This document shows positions 49,608-59,893 of a DNA stretch of 64,000 nucleotides, piece after piece (the stretch's first letter is position 1; every line of letters starts with the position of its first letter). The notes under the pieces were generated by a model that saw only the letters and a list, made by a program, of their open reading frames with translations, did no database searches and was not told where the DNA came from. The DNA is from Flavobacterium sp. (GTDB lineage Bacteria > Bacteroidota > Bacteroidia > Flavobacteriales > Flavobacteriaceae). The position numbers and the translations under genes are program-made. The stretch lies in contig JBEBUC010000009.1 in NCBI GenBank assembly GCA_040393465.1, forward strand, positions 10,979 through 74,978, given 5' to 3'.

Positions 49608-50495
49608 TTAGTAATTCCACATATCATCTTCAAGATTTCTAATCGATTCTTTGATTCTTTCTGCTTCAAGCAATTGTTTCATAGAATTGTCCTTTACATA
49701 ATCGTCTATACGACGATCCCCGAACATATTGTCGACTTTGTAAATACTAGCACTAAATCTACGAGAATTTAACATGTGGTCAAAATTAATTGAACGCATT
49801 GGATTTTTCTCATTGAAAGCATAATTTCTATGCAAAACTTCTCTAGCATCTGGGAAGAATACCCAAAATAATTCAACAAAGTTTTCGTTGTCCGATCCCA
49901 TGGTATAAATATCCGGAACTACAGGGCAAATACCTAACAAACGGTATTTCAATTCCCCTTGAGTTCTGTCAAAGTACCACATCCCAACGATGTGATATTC
50001 CTTAACGTGACGGGCTTTTAATTCTTCAGTTACGATATATTCGTCAGGAATTTTCTCTCCTGCATTATAATATTCACGACCTGCGTCCATAGTGTCTACT
50101 TTCGTAAACGACGTTTCCAAATCTTTTAAAGTACGTTTTTTCGTGAAATCACTACCATCATAAACTTCTGTAATTTCACCAGATTTGATACCGTCAATTA
50201 AAACCTCATAAAGGGCCTTACGACCAGCTATTGCAGAATCATCAACAGGATAATAGTAAGGTAGATTCATTTTCTCGTCTAAAGAGATTACTTCCCATAC
50301 CTTTTTCCCAAATAAAATATCGCGGTCAGAGACATATCCGTAAGGAATTGGGCCTTCGCTGTCCACAATAATATCAGCAAAAGATTTCAATCCAATCTCT
50401 TCAGCCGTTCTTGCATTAAGCAAGTTCGCCTGTCCGTATCCAGTTACAGAAATCACACAGAATGCGACGAATGATGATAATTTTTTCCAGTTCAT
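49608..50495 (-). CDS. gldN: Gliding motility / T9SS protein GldN
   Basis: YYYP, WYFDRTQGELKYRLLGICP, LFWVFFP, HMLNSRRF; last gene of the gldKLMN cluster. Confidence 0.92.
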   Translation of the reverse strand: MNWKKLSSFVAFCVISVTGYGQANLLNARTAEEIGLKSFADIIVDSEGPIPYGYVSDRDILFGKKVWEVISLDEKMNLPYYYPVDDSAIAGRKALYEVLIDGIKSGEITEVYDGSDFTKKRTLKDLETSFTKVDTMDAGREYYNAGEKIPDEYIVTEELKARHVKEYHIVGMWYFDRTQGELKYRLLGICPVVPDIYTMGSDNENFVELFWVFFPDAREVLHRNYAFNEKNPMRSINFDHMLNSRRFSASIYKVDNMFGDRRIDDYVKDNSMKQLLEAERIKESIRNLEDDMWNY

Positions 50496-50527
50496 ATTGT
50501 ATTTATTTTCTTTTTATATTATCGAAA

Positions 50528-52087
50528 TTAATTAATCTCGAATGTACAAGGTGCCGATTTTGGCAACATATAATCACCTGCTCCTTCTAGACGAACTTTA
50601 ATATCTGAAATTACTACTACATCACCAGTTCTTGCTTTTTGAATAGCCGATCTAGCTCTGTCGTTCATACGATTCCCTTGAACAACCACAGAAGGTTGAC
50701 CTGGAACCTGAAGAACAAATCCTGTAACAGTTAAATTTAAATCAAAATCAAAGTCTTCTAATTTAGCTCCGATACTAACAATTTCTAAGTTAGATTTTGG
50801 TCCTTTAGCAGAGTACTCTCCACGAACAGTACCTCTAGGTGCAGGGATTCCTTTAATTCTAAAAGTTTTTCTATCCGAAACTTTAGATCCATCAGGAAGT
50901 GTACCCGTAACGTTAATAACTACTTCTCTACCCGCTCCTGGGTTCATGATGTATTGATCTGCTTTGGCACCTTTTCTCAATCCCGGTGCAGAAGCACTTA
51001 CTTTATCTGAAGAGATACCAGCAAACGAAATCGTCATTGGATTGGCAACACCTCTATAAACCACATTCATTTTATCTGCAGAAATGGTAGCGGAATTCGG
51101 TTTAGGAACTACTACATAATTTCCATCAATTGGAATTGGAATTTCTTTTCCGTCTTCCATAAATGAGAATGTACCCGTGATTTTATGTTCTCCTACGTTA
51201 CCCGTTCCAAAAGACAAATTAACTTGTCCGTCTTCCAAAGCATTAGCCAGGTTCACTTGAGATCCGTTTACAACCACTTTAGTTGGTACAGTAGATTTGT
51301 CATAACGTCCTAAAACTACTTTTCCTTTAAAGCTTTCTCCTGCAAAATAAGCTGTTTTTTCTGAAATCACAATAGCTTTATAATTTTTCATAGAAGCAGC
51401 TTGTGTTAAAGTATTTCCCATGAATGCGTTGATCAAATCATGTTCTACAACTTTCACATCATTTTGCATAGCCGTCAATTTAGTCAACGAAGCAATTGCA
51501 GGAAATCCTTGAAAATGATAACTCAAATAAGGCTTAACAATTCCTTCAGAATCTTTTATATCGGCAATGTTAAATTTACGATCTAAATCTTGAAGTATCG
51601 GTAAATATTTTACGTCTTCTCCAACTGCTGCTTTCATATCAGCTTTGTACTTGTTGATTTTATTGATAATTTCCGTTCCTTTTTCAGAATACTTATCACC
51701 TTTAAACCAACCTGAATCTACAACATCACCCTTATCCATCGTTTCATACTGTAATCCTCCCGTTTCCGATCGATCTACTTTTTCAGTAATAGCGACTTTC
51801 AAAGTTTCAATATAATTATAAAAGGCTTTTGAAATCGCATCGATTTCTTTAGCTTTTTTACTCGGCTCAGAAAATCTCGTAGGATCATCTGAAGCTTTTA
51901 TATCTAAAGCTTGTAACAATAAATCATTAGTGTCACCAGCAGATTTATTTGCTAATTCAAATTTTTCGTTCATCATCCCAAAAGCAGAAAGAACCTCTTT
52001 AGACATATTTAGGGCCATCATCGCGATGAAAACCAAATACATCAAATTGATCATCTTTTGCCTAGGGGTTAGTTTACCTCCTGCCAT
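50528..52087 (-). CDS. gldM: Gliding motility / T9SS motor protein GldM
   Basis: MAGGKLTPRQKMINLMYLVFIAMMALN; SADKMNVVYRGVANP. Confidence 0.96.
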   Translation of the reverse strand: MAGGKLTPRQKMINLMYLVFIAMMALNMSKEVLSAFGMMNEKFELANKSAGDTNDLLLQALDIKASDDPTRFSEPSKKAKEIDAISKAFYNYIETLKVAITEKVDRSETGGLQYETMDKGDVVDSGWFKGDKYSEKGTEIINKINKYKADMKAAVGEDVKYLPILQDLDRKFNIADIKDSEGIVKPYLSYHFQGFPAIASLTKLTAMQNDVKVVEHDLINAFMGNTLTQAASMKNYKAIVISEKTAYFAGESFKGKVVLGRYDKSTVPTKVVVNGSQVNLANALEDGQVNLSFGTGNVGEHKITGTFSFMEDGKEIPIPIDGNYVVVPKPNSATISADKMNVVYRGVANPMTISFAGISSDKVSASAPGLRKGAKADQYIMNPGAGREVVINVTGTLPDGSKVSDRKTFRIKGIPAPRGTVRGEYSAKGPKSNLEIVSIGAKLEDFDFDLNLTVTGFVLQVPGQPSVVVQGNRMNDRARSAIQKARTGDVVVISDIKVRLEGAGDYMLPKSAPCTFEIN

Positions 52088-52122
52088 TTTTCTCTAATTA
52101 GTTTAAATTAATAATAAAAATA

Positions 52123-52800
52123 CTAATTAGCATTTCTTGATCCACCTCCCATAGCAGAAAGCATTCCACCATAAACGGTATTTAATGATGCTAAATTTGA
52201 CGTTAAAGATTGCATTTGCTCTTTTAACTTCATGTTGTTTTCAGCTACCTCGTTGTTAATTTCTGCGTTTTTAGTTGCGCTCTCTAATTGGATTTTATAC
52301 ATTCCATTTAAAGATTCTAATTGTGAAGAAGCTAAAGACATTTCTTCAGCATATTTTCTTGTAGCAGCCATCGTATCTACAGTAGGAGCGATTTCCTTAG
52401 CTGCTGATTCAAAGTTTCTGATACTTTTATTTAAACTATTCATTAACTCTCCATCAATCTTAGCATCTTTTAAAAGTTGATCCAATTTTTGAGAAAGCAT
52501 CCCTTCTTCTTGAGTAGCAACACCCCCAAAACCAGTACCGCCGAAACCAGCTACTTGTACCGCTTTAGCTTCACCACCTTTTAACTCTGGATATACTCTT
52601 GACCAATCCAACTCATCATCAACCGGTTCAAAAGCCGAGATTGCAAAAATCAATGCTTCTACAACAAGTCCAATAGTCAACATGATATTTCCATTTAAAG
52701 GGCCAAATTCCATATGAGTAATTTTGAATAAAGCTCCGAGAATTACGACCGCTGCCCCCATCCCGTAGCAGAAGTTCATCACTTTTTTAGGTATCGCCAT
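52123..52800 (-). CDS. gldL: Gliding motility / T9SS motor protein GldL
   Basis: YGMGAAVVILGALFKITH, GLVVEALIFAISAFEP, WSRVYPEL, NLASLNTVYGGMLSAM; start taken at ATG 52800. Confidence 0.95.
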   Translation of the reverse strand: MAIPKKVMNFCYGMGAAVVILGALFKITHMEFGPLNGNIMLTIGLVVEALIFAISAFEPVDDELDWSRVYPELKGGEAKAVQVAGFGGTGFGGVATQEEGMLSQKLDQLLKDAKIDGELMNSLNKSIRNFESAAKEIAPTVDTMAATRKYAEEMSLASSQLESLNGMYKIQLESATKNAEINNEVAENNMKLKEQMQSLTSNLASLNTVYGGMLSAMGGGSRNAN

Positions 52801-52855
52801 AATTTGTGTAATTAATTTAGTTAGTTTTTTATTTGGTTTTTCGTTTTTTTTAAAA

Positions 52856-54250
52856 TTATCTAGCTCCTTTAGGGGCATCTACCACATTAGGACCTGAGTA
52901 GGTTTGAACGGTACGGAAACCGATATAACTTCTAGCTGTATCCGCAAATTCAGAATCTCTTGTACTTACTTGTAAGAAATAGGCTGGATCTCTCCATGAA
53001 CCACCTCTAACCACTTTTAAAGGATTAGAAGCTCCTCTTTCTTTTGGTTTTAATGAAGCTACAAAATCATAAGATGCCGGATCATAAGAAGAACTTGTCC
53101 ATTCAGACACGTTTCCAGACATATTGTATAAATTGTAACCGTTCGGAAGATATGATCTCGCTTCTGCTGTATATAGTGCACCATCTGCCGCATAGTTTGT
53201 TCTAGTCGGTTTGAAGTTAGCCAAGAAACACGCTTTTTCATCCGTAGTGTACGGACCACCCCATGGGTACATCGCTGATTCTAAACCACCTCTTGCAGCA
53301 TATTCCCATTCTGCCTCCATTGGCAAACGGTATGCATTCACTTGAAACGATTCTCTTCTCGCTTTTAAATGAGCGTTTTTATAAAGGGTTCTCCAAGCAC
53401 AAAATGCTTTTGCTTGATGCCAGTTCACTCCAACTACAGGATATTCTCCATAAGCTTCATGCCAGAAATAATCGTTGTGCATTGGCTCGTTATAAGAAAA
53501 CTGAAACTCTTTTATCCAACGTGTTGTATCTGGATAAATCATGATCGTTTCCGATTTCATGTGTTTACTTCTCTTTTCTCTAACGTTAGCGCTTTTGTCT
53601 CTAACTGCCGCTTCAATATCCATGTAAGAATATTTAAATGAAAGTTTAGAAGCATCAAACGTTTTTAATCCGTTGAATGATTCGCTAGCAGGTAAATACA
53701 AAGAATCCATTACTTCAACGAAATACTCGTCTGGATATTTTTTTGAATTAACAGGTAATTTCGCCTTTTTATTCAATTTTCTTCCTGCATACAAGTCATT
53801 ATCCATAGCCATGCTATAGTAATTGTCGTACATATACTTTTCGTATGGAGTTTGGTTTTCTGGATCTCCCTCTTCTAAGAAAGCAAATTCTCCAATACCT
53901 CCTGATCCTTTAGCCATACCCATTTCGTCAGCAAAAATTGCCAACCTTGTTCTAACTACAGAATCTTTTACCCATTCAACAAATTTTCGATACTGATTAT
54001 TCGTGATTTCCGTCTCATCCATATAAAATGAACCAACTGTTACGGATTTCGTAGGGGCATCTTGAGTGTTTAGAAAATCTTCACTAGATTTTCCCATCGT
54101 AAAAGTACCTCCAGGAATCAAAGCCATACCGTGAGGCTTCTCTGTTTTCCATTGTCTTCCTTGTACGCCACCTAATAGCTCACCTCTATCGCCAGAACCA
54201 CAACTGAATAACATTGATACAACTGCTGTTAGTGTAATGAACTTCTTCAT
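52856..54250 (-). CDS. gldK: Gliding motility / T9SS lipoprotein GldK
   Basis: Lipobox LFSC, SUMF1/FGE-like motifs (FYMDETEITN, YRLPMEAEWEYAARGG, NMSGNVSEW, RGGSW, IGFRTV). Confidence 0.95.
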   Translation of the reverse strand: MKKFITLTAVVSMLFSCGSGDRGELLGGVQGRQWKTEKPHGMALIPGGTFTMGKSSEDFLNTQDAPTKSVTVGSFYMDETEITNNQYRKFVEWVKDSVVRTRLAIFADEMGMAKGSGGIGEFAFLEEGDPENQTPYEKYMYDNYYSMAMDNDLYAGRKLNKKAKLPVNSKKYPDEYFVEVMDSLYLPASESFNGLKTFDASKLSFKYSYMDIEAAVRDKSANVREKRSKHMKSETIMIYPDTTRWIKEFQFSYNEPMHNDYFWHEAYGEYPVVGVNWHQAKAFCAWRTLYKNAHLKARRESFQVNAYRLPMEAEWEYAARGGLESAMYPWGGPYTTDEKACFLANFKPTRTNYAADGALYTAEARSYLPNGYNLYNMSGNVSEWTSSSYDPASYDFVASLKPKERGASNPLKVVRGGSWRDPAYFLQVSTRDSEFADTARSYIGFRTVQTYSGPNVVDAPKGAR

Positions 54251-54379
54251 ATATTTTTGGGTTTATAATATTTTAATATTTCAAAGGCGTAAACCTATTT
54301 ATTTATTTTTAATTACACAACGAAAATCGGAAAAAAAATTAATTTATATTTAACATTTAATTCTTTTAGCGTTCTTTTG

Positions 54380-55531
54380 TTACAGAAAACTCTTTTTTAT
54401 CGCTTTCCACCAACGCTCAGGCACTTGCTGGGCGGTGGCTAAGAGATAATCTTCATGGCTACACGGTAAGAGCAACTTTCTTTTTATAGAATCATTAACA
54501 CTTCCTCCAAAAGAGACCTCAATCCACCATCGTTCGGTTTTATCGCTCTTAAAAAAAATCAAATCGTCTTCATCAACGATGGGAACAATGTATTTAAAGT
54601 AACTTTCTTTACTAACAAATGGATATTCATTAGCTCTAAAATTGAATCCTTCTACAAAATACCAAAGAATCTGTGCTATTAATAACGCTTCTCCGACAGA
54701 ATTATTATGATTAAAAACTCCGAATAAACTCACACGATCGCTTAGACCAGAATAACGCGATAAGGCACAAATTTCCCTACCATCAAATCCGTTGGGGTTA
54801 AAGTAATCAAAATTTCCGGAATCTGCCGACTTAACAGCCATCATATCAATACTAACAATGTCGGCATCGCGCAAAACGGGCTCTGCCAAAGTGTAATCAT
54901 TCGAGATTTCACCCACTCTATAAGCATCAAAATACATTTTATCTATCAAATCTATCTCTTCTTGCGAATTGAAATAGGTTTGATAGCCTAAATTGGCGTA
55001 ATTGAACAAATTATTGGGCGCTTCCATAATTATACGCGACAAGAAAGATTCTGCTGGAAACCCCTCTTCTTTCACTAAATCGAGCTTGTTGTCGATACAA
55101 ACCAGATTCACCATCTGCTCCAATTGATCATAAGCTCGATACATCGGATAAGTCAAATCTTGAGAACCACCGATAATTACTGGTACAATTTTATTGCGAA
55201 CCAATTCAGCTATTAAGTTTTTTAAAACAAAATAAGTGTCTTCTAGGTTTTCACCAGGAAGTACATCGCCAAAATCAATCAGTTTAGCCGTCCAATTACC
55301 GGGGAAAAGCGAATAAAATGCTTTTCTAATTTCCAAAACTTCAGACCAATCGCGACCGTCTTGCTGTCCCCGGTTATCCAACACCCCGATAATTCCAATT
55401 TGATAGTTGGAAAAAGATTCAAAAGTACCTCCAGAAAAGAAGCTTACTTTTTTTCCCAAGGCTTGTCGTGATAGTCCATCGATAAATTGCAAAAAATCAT
55501 CGTTTAAGGGTCTCAAAAACTCAAAAGTCAT
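54380..55531 (-). CDS. Arginase/formiminoglutamase-fold protein with degenerate metal ligands
   Basis: Ureohydrolase-like scaffold (DFGD, IIGGSQDLT, CIDNKLD, SIDMMAV, PNGFDG), but the GGDH, DAHxD and DxD motifs are altered. Confidence 0.75.
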   Translation of the reverse strand: MTFEFLRPLNDDFLQFIDGLSRQALGKKVSFFSGGTFESFSNYQIGIIGVLDNRGQQDGRDWSEVLEIRKAFYSLFPGNWTAKLIDFGDVLPGENLEDTYFVLKNLIAELVRNKIVPVIIGGSQDLTYPMYRAYDQLEQMVNLVCIDNKLDLVKEEGFPAESFLSRIIMEAPNNLFNYANLGYQTYFNSQEEIDLIDKMYFDAYRVGEISNDYTLAEPVLRDADIVSIDMMAVKSADSGNFDYFNPNGFDGREICALSRYSGLSDRVSLFGVFNHNNSVGEALLIAQILWYFVEGFNFRANEYPFVSKESYFKYIVPIVDEDDLIFFKSDKTERWWIEVSFGGSVNDSIKRKLLLPCSHEDYLLATAQQVPERWWKAIKKSFL

Positions 55532-55536
55532 AAGCC

Positions 55537-58065
55537 TTATTTTTTAGTTGTTGTCTTTTTAGTCGCCGTTTTCTTTACTGCAGCCTTTTTTGCAGGCGCT
55601 TTTTTCGCAGCGGTTTTCTTTGCAGGTGTTTTTTTCTCAATCATCTCTTGAACTTCTTCTAAAGTCAATGCAGCAGCATCCACTTCTTTGCTTAATTCAA
55701 TTTTTAATTTCCCTTTTAAAATCACCGAACGCCCCCATCGTGCTTTCTCTACGCGAATACCTTCTTCTTTCCAATCGTGAACTACCTTGTCGATATCCTT
55801 TTGGATTTTATCGGTAATTAACGCCTCGATATCAGACTTCGACAGGTTGTCAAAATCATATTTTTTATTTACGTTTATAAACGTACCGTTCCATTTTAAA
55901 TAGGGACCAAAACGGCCTACACCTTTTTGTACCGGTAAATCTTGAAAAGTTGCAATAGGTGCATCGGCAACTTCTTTTTCCTTGATTAATTCCAAAGCGC
56001 GTTCCAAACTTACATCCAAAGGATCTTCTCCTCTAGGCAAGGAGATAAACACCGCACCATGTCGAACGTAAGGTCCAAAACGACCGTTATTAACCTCGAC
56101 TTCTTCCCCTTTATACTCACCGAGCATTTTAGGTAATAAAAACAGGGTTAATGCTTCTTCCAAGGTGATTGTACCAATATTTTGATCGGGCTTTAAACTG
56201 GCAAACTGCTTATTTTCTTCATCGGCATCACCGATTTGAGCAATAGGACCAAATTTACCCAAACGAACCAAGACGGGCTTACCCGATTGAGGGTCTGTTC
56301 CGAGGATGCGCTCACCAGACTCTCTTTCTGCATTTTCTTCGACATCGCGTACGATGGGATGAAAATGATTGTAAAAATCTTGCATCATCTTAGCCCAATC
56401 TTCATTTCCAGCGGCAATTTCATCAAAATCCTGCTCTACTTTGGCCGTAAAGTTGTAGTCCAAAATAGTTCCAAAATTTTTAACTAAGAAATCATTCACA
56501 ATCATTCCGATATCAGTAGGCAATAATTTCCCTTTTTCAGAACCTACTTTTTCAATTAAATCAGAAGAGGTTATGGTGCCCTTTTTTAACACCAACATCT
56601 GATAGGGTCTTTCTTTTCCTTCAGAGATTCCTTTTTCAACATAAGTTCTAGCGATAATCGTAGAAATTGTCGGCGCATATGTTGACGGTCTACCGATACC
56701 CAATTCCTCTAATTTCTTAACTAAGGAAGCTTCCGTATATCGCGACGCTGGTCTCGAAAAGCGCTGTGTAGCTGTAATATAATTATTGAGTAATACTTCA
56801 TTGATTTTTAAAGCGGGCAAGATTCCTTCTACCTCTTCTTCCTCGTCGTCATGTCCCTCTAAATAAACTTTTAAGAAGCCTTCAAACAACAGTACTTCTC
56901 CCGTTGCACTAAAGAGTTCTTTATATTGATTGGCTTCAATTTTCACATTGGTTCTTTCCAAACGGGCATCACTCATCTGCGAAGCTAAAGTACGTTTCCA
57001 AATCAAGTCGTACAGACGCGCTTGATCTCGATCAATGTTTGCTTGATGCAAAGACATATCCGTCGGACGTATGGCCTCGTGAGCTTCTTGCGCACCTTTA
57101 CTTTTGGTTATGTAAGTTTGGGGTTTGCTGTATTCGGCACCATAAGATTTGGTGATTTCAGCAGCAGCTGCCTTCATGGCATCTTGAGATAAATTAACAC
57201 TATCCGTTCTCATATAAGTGATTAACCCACTCTCGTAAAGACGTTGTGCCAACATCATGGTTTGCCCAACGGTATAATGTAGTTTTCTGGAAGCTTCTTG
57301 TTGTAAAGTAGAGGTAGTAAACGGTGCTGCTGGCGACTTTTTGGCCGGTTTGGTTTCTAAATCTGCAACTTTATATGTGGCTCCTATATTTTTGTTTAAA
57401 AATTCCTGAGCCTCTTTTAAGGTCGGGAAATTCTTTGGTAATTTTGCTTTTAGGGTTTTTCCTGCTTCATTTGAAAACTCGGCCGAGATACTAAAAGACG
57501 CTTCCGAATTAAAGTTGTTTATTTCTCTTTCTCGTTCTACGATTAATCGCACTGAAACCGATTGTACCCGTCCAGCTGAAAGCCCACCTTTAACTTTTTT
57601 CCACAATACAGGCGACAATTCATATCCTACCAATCGATCCAAAACGCGTCGTGCCTGTTGGGCATTAACTAAATTATAATCGATTTTTCTTGGATTTTCA
57701 ATCGCTTTGTGGATGGCTGTTTTTGTAATTTCATGAAAAACAATTCTTTTAGTCTTGTCATCTGTCAAATTCAATTCTTCAGCTAAATGCCAAGCAATCG
57801 CCTCTCCCTCCCGGTCCTCATCGGAAGCCAACCAAACCATTTCTGCTTTTTTAGAAAGATCTTTCAGTTTCTTTACTACAGCCTTTTTATCGGGAGAAAC
57901 CTCGTATCTGGGTTTGAAGCCATTTTCGATGTCAACTCCAATTTCTTTTGACGGAAGGTCAGCAATATGTCCGTAACTGGATTCAACTTGAAAATCTTTT
58001 CCCAAAAACTTTTCGATGGTTTTTGCTTTCGCAGGGGACTCCACTATCACTAAATTCTTTGCCAT
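55537..58065 (-). CDS. topA: DNA topoisomerase I
   Basis: LVIVESPAKAKTI, DEDREGEAI, SAGRVQS, LITYMRTDS, GIGRPSTYA; Lys/Ala-rich tail. Confidence 0.98.
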   Translation of the reverse strand: MAKNLVIVESPAKAKTIEKFLGKDFQVESSYGHIADLPSKEIGVDIENGFKPRYEVSPDKKAVVKKLKDLSKKAEMVWLASDEDREGEAIAWHLAEELNLTDDKTKRIVFHEITKTAIHKAIENPRKIDYNLVNAQQARRVLDRLVGYELSPVLWKKVKGGLSAGRVQSVSVRLIVEREREINNFNSEASFSISAEFSNEAGKTLKAKLPKNFPTLKEAQEFLNKNIGATYKVADLETKPAKKSPAAPFTTSTLQQEASRKLHYTVGQTMMLAQRLYESGLITYMRTDSVNLSQDAMKAAAAEITKSYGAEYSKPQTYITKSKGAQEAHEAIRPTDMSLHQANIDRDQARLYDLIWKRTLASQMSDARLERTNVKIEANQYKELFSATGEVLLFEGFLKVYLEGHDDEEEEVEGILPALKINEVLLNNYITATQRFSRPASRYTEASLVKKLEELGIGRPSTYAPTISTIIARTYVEKGISEGKERPYQMLVLKKGTITSSDLIEKVGSEKGKLLPTDIGMIVNDFLVKNFGTILDYNFTAKVEQDFDEIAAGNEDWAKMMQDFYNHFHPIVRDVEENAERESGERILGTDPQSGKPVLVRLGKFGPIAQIGDADEENKQFASLKPDQNIGTITLEEALTLFLLPKMLGEYKGEEVEVNNGRFGPYVRHGAVFISLPRGEDPLDVSLERALELIKEKEVADAPIATFQDLPVQKGVGRFGPYLKWNGTFINVNKKYDFDNLSKSDIEALITDKIQKDIDKVVHDWKEEGIRVEKARWGRSVILKGKLKIELSKEVDAAALTLEEVQEMIEKKTPAKKTAAKKAPAKKAAVKKTATKKTTTKK

Positions 58066-58084
58066 TTTTCACTGTTTTATGGAG

Positions 58085-58092
58085 CAAAAGTA
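58085..58092 (-). promoter_or_regulatory. -7 promoter element (TACTTTTG) for topA
   Basis: TAnnTTTG consensus 20 nt upstream of the ATG. Confidence 0.6.
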
Positions 58093-58334
58093 TGCGAATT
58101 TTTTAAATATTGCGTTTTTACCTATTTTAAAAAAATTATTTCAACCGGAACAGGGGCTATCATTTTGTTTGATTCTACGTTTACATGGGTCATAAAACCC
58201 TTAAAATTAACTAAAAAAGAAAAAACAGTCGTGTTCCTTGTCAAATGTATAATTCTTTATCAAAAATAAATTCGCTATATAAAAATGAAAGCCATACCTA
58301 TAAATGATTCCAATAAAAATGTTAAATGTAAAGC

Positions 58335-58373
58335 TGTCAACTTGTCAGAATACATTATTATGTACTATCTTTG
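58335..58373 (+). promoter_or_regulatory. miaB-operon promoter: -7 element TATCTTTG (58366-58373) preceded by TGTCA repeats (58335-58339, 58343-58347)
   Basis: Consensus -7 element; TGTCAACTTGTCAG lies over the expected -33 region. Confidence 0.5.
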
Positions 58374-58405
58374 CTCCTAGATTTTGACCCCGTTTAGCAT
58401 AAGAT

Positions 58406-59854
58406 ATGGAAAAGGTAATTGAGGAAACAAAACAAGGAACTTCCCTTGTTTTAGAACATAAAGCAGGAAATACGAAGAAACTTTTTATTGAGAGTTACGG
58501 ATGTGCTATGAATTTTTCGGACAGTGAAATTGTAGCTTCAATCCTTGCCAATGAAGGCTTTAACACAACTCAAATTTTAGAAGAGGCCGATTTGGTTCTC
58601 GTGAATACTTGTTCTATACGAGACAAAGCCGAACAAACCGTTCGCAAACGTCTTGAAAAATACAATGCTGTAAAAAAGATTAATCCAGGAATGAAGGTAG
58701 GCGTTTTAGGCTGTATGGCAGAGCGTCTAAAAAACCAATTTTTGGAGGAAGAGAAAATAGTAGATATGGTTGTAGGACCAGATGCCTATAAAGATTTACC
58801 CAATTTGCTACGAGAAGTAGAAGAAGGCAGGGATGCTATTAACGTTATTTTATCCAAAGACGAAACTTATGGCGATATTTCTCCGGTTCGTTTATTGAGC
58901 AACGGAGTTACTGCTTTTGTATCGATAACTAGAGGTTGTGACAATATGTGTACTTTCTGTGTGGTTCCCTTTACTAGAGGGCGTGAACGAAGCAGAGACC
59001 CCCAAAGTATTTTGGAAGAGATTGCCGACTTATCTGCTCGAGGATTCAAGGAAGTAACGCTATTAGGTCAAAATGTGGATAGTTTTCTATGGTATGGTGG
59101 TGGTCTTAAAAAAGATTTCGTCAAAGCCAGTGAAATGCAAAAAGCTACTGCGGTTGACTTTGCACAACTTTTAGAGATGTGTGCAGTGGCTTATCCAAAG
59201 ATTCGATTCCGTTTTTCCACTTCGAATCCACAGGACATGCACGAAGAAGTTTTCCATGTGATTGCCAAATTCCACAACGTTTGTAACTACATTCACTTGC
59301 CTGTACAATCGGGTAGTACACGGATTCTAAAAGAGATGAACCGTCAACACACTCGTGAAGAATATATGTTATTGATTGATAAAATACACGAAATCATAGA
59401 GGATTGTTCTATTTCGCACGATTTAATTACGGGTTTCCCGACCGAAACAGAAGAAGATCATCAAGACACTTTAAGTCTTTTGAGATATGTCAATTATGAT
59501 TTTGGATATATGTTTGCATATTCTGAAAGACCGGGTACCCTTGCTGCTCGTAAATTGACCGATGACATACCCGAGGAAGTTAAGAAAAGACGTTTACAGG
59601 AAATTGTAGATTTACAACAGGAAATCAGTCTATCGAGAACCGCACGTTTTGTAGGTCAGACGGTTGAAATACTTATAGAAAAATCCTCTAAAAAGTCAGA
59701 TGAACAGTGGTCGGGACGCAATTCTCAAAACACTACTGTCGTTTTTCCCAAGGAACACTATAAAGTAGGCGATTTCGTTATGGTCAAAATAAACGACTGT
59801 ACATCGGCCACTCTTATTGGAGAAGCTGTTGAATACAGTTCGCTTATGCAATAA
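58406..59854 (+). CDS. miaB: tRNA-2-methylthio-N6-dimethylallyladenosine synthase
   Basis: SYGCAMN, NTCSIR, radical [20 protein letters not shown]-terminal TRAM domain. Confidence 0.96.
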   Translation: MEKVIEETKQGTSLVLEHKAGNTKKLFIESYGCAMNFSDSEIVASILANEGFNTTQILEEADLVLVNTCSIRDKAEQTVRKRLEKYNAVKKINPGMKVGVLGCMAERLKNQFLEEEKIVDMVVGPDAYKDLPNLLREVEEGRDAINVILSKDETYGDISPVRLLSNGVTAFVSITRGCDNMCTFCVVPFTRGRERSRDPQSILEEIADLSARGFKEVTLLGQNVDSFLWYGGGLKKDFVKASEMQKATAVDFAQLLEMCAVAYPKIRFRFSTSNPQDMHEEVFHVIAKFHNVCNYIHLPVQSGSTRILKEMNRQHTREEYMLLIDKIHEIIEDCSISHDLITGFPTETEEDHQDTLSLLRYVNYDFGYMFAYSERPGTLAARKLTDDIPEEVKKRRLQEIVDLQQEISLSRTARFVGQTVEILIEKSSKKSDEQWSGRNSQNTTVVFPKEHYKVGDFVMVKINDCTSATLIGEAVEYSSLMQ

Positions 59855-59893
59855 CCGTTAAAAACCAATATTAACTCTACATTCTCTACTTTC

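Noticed and set aside
52801-52878. N-terminal extension of GldL in the ORF track; likewise extensions at 4068-4088, 14508-14516, 30648-30698 and 43441-43488
   Set aside because: They overlap neighbouring genes, promoters or terminators; downstream ATGs give proper signal peptides or family N-termini.
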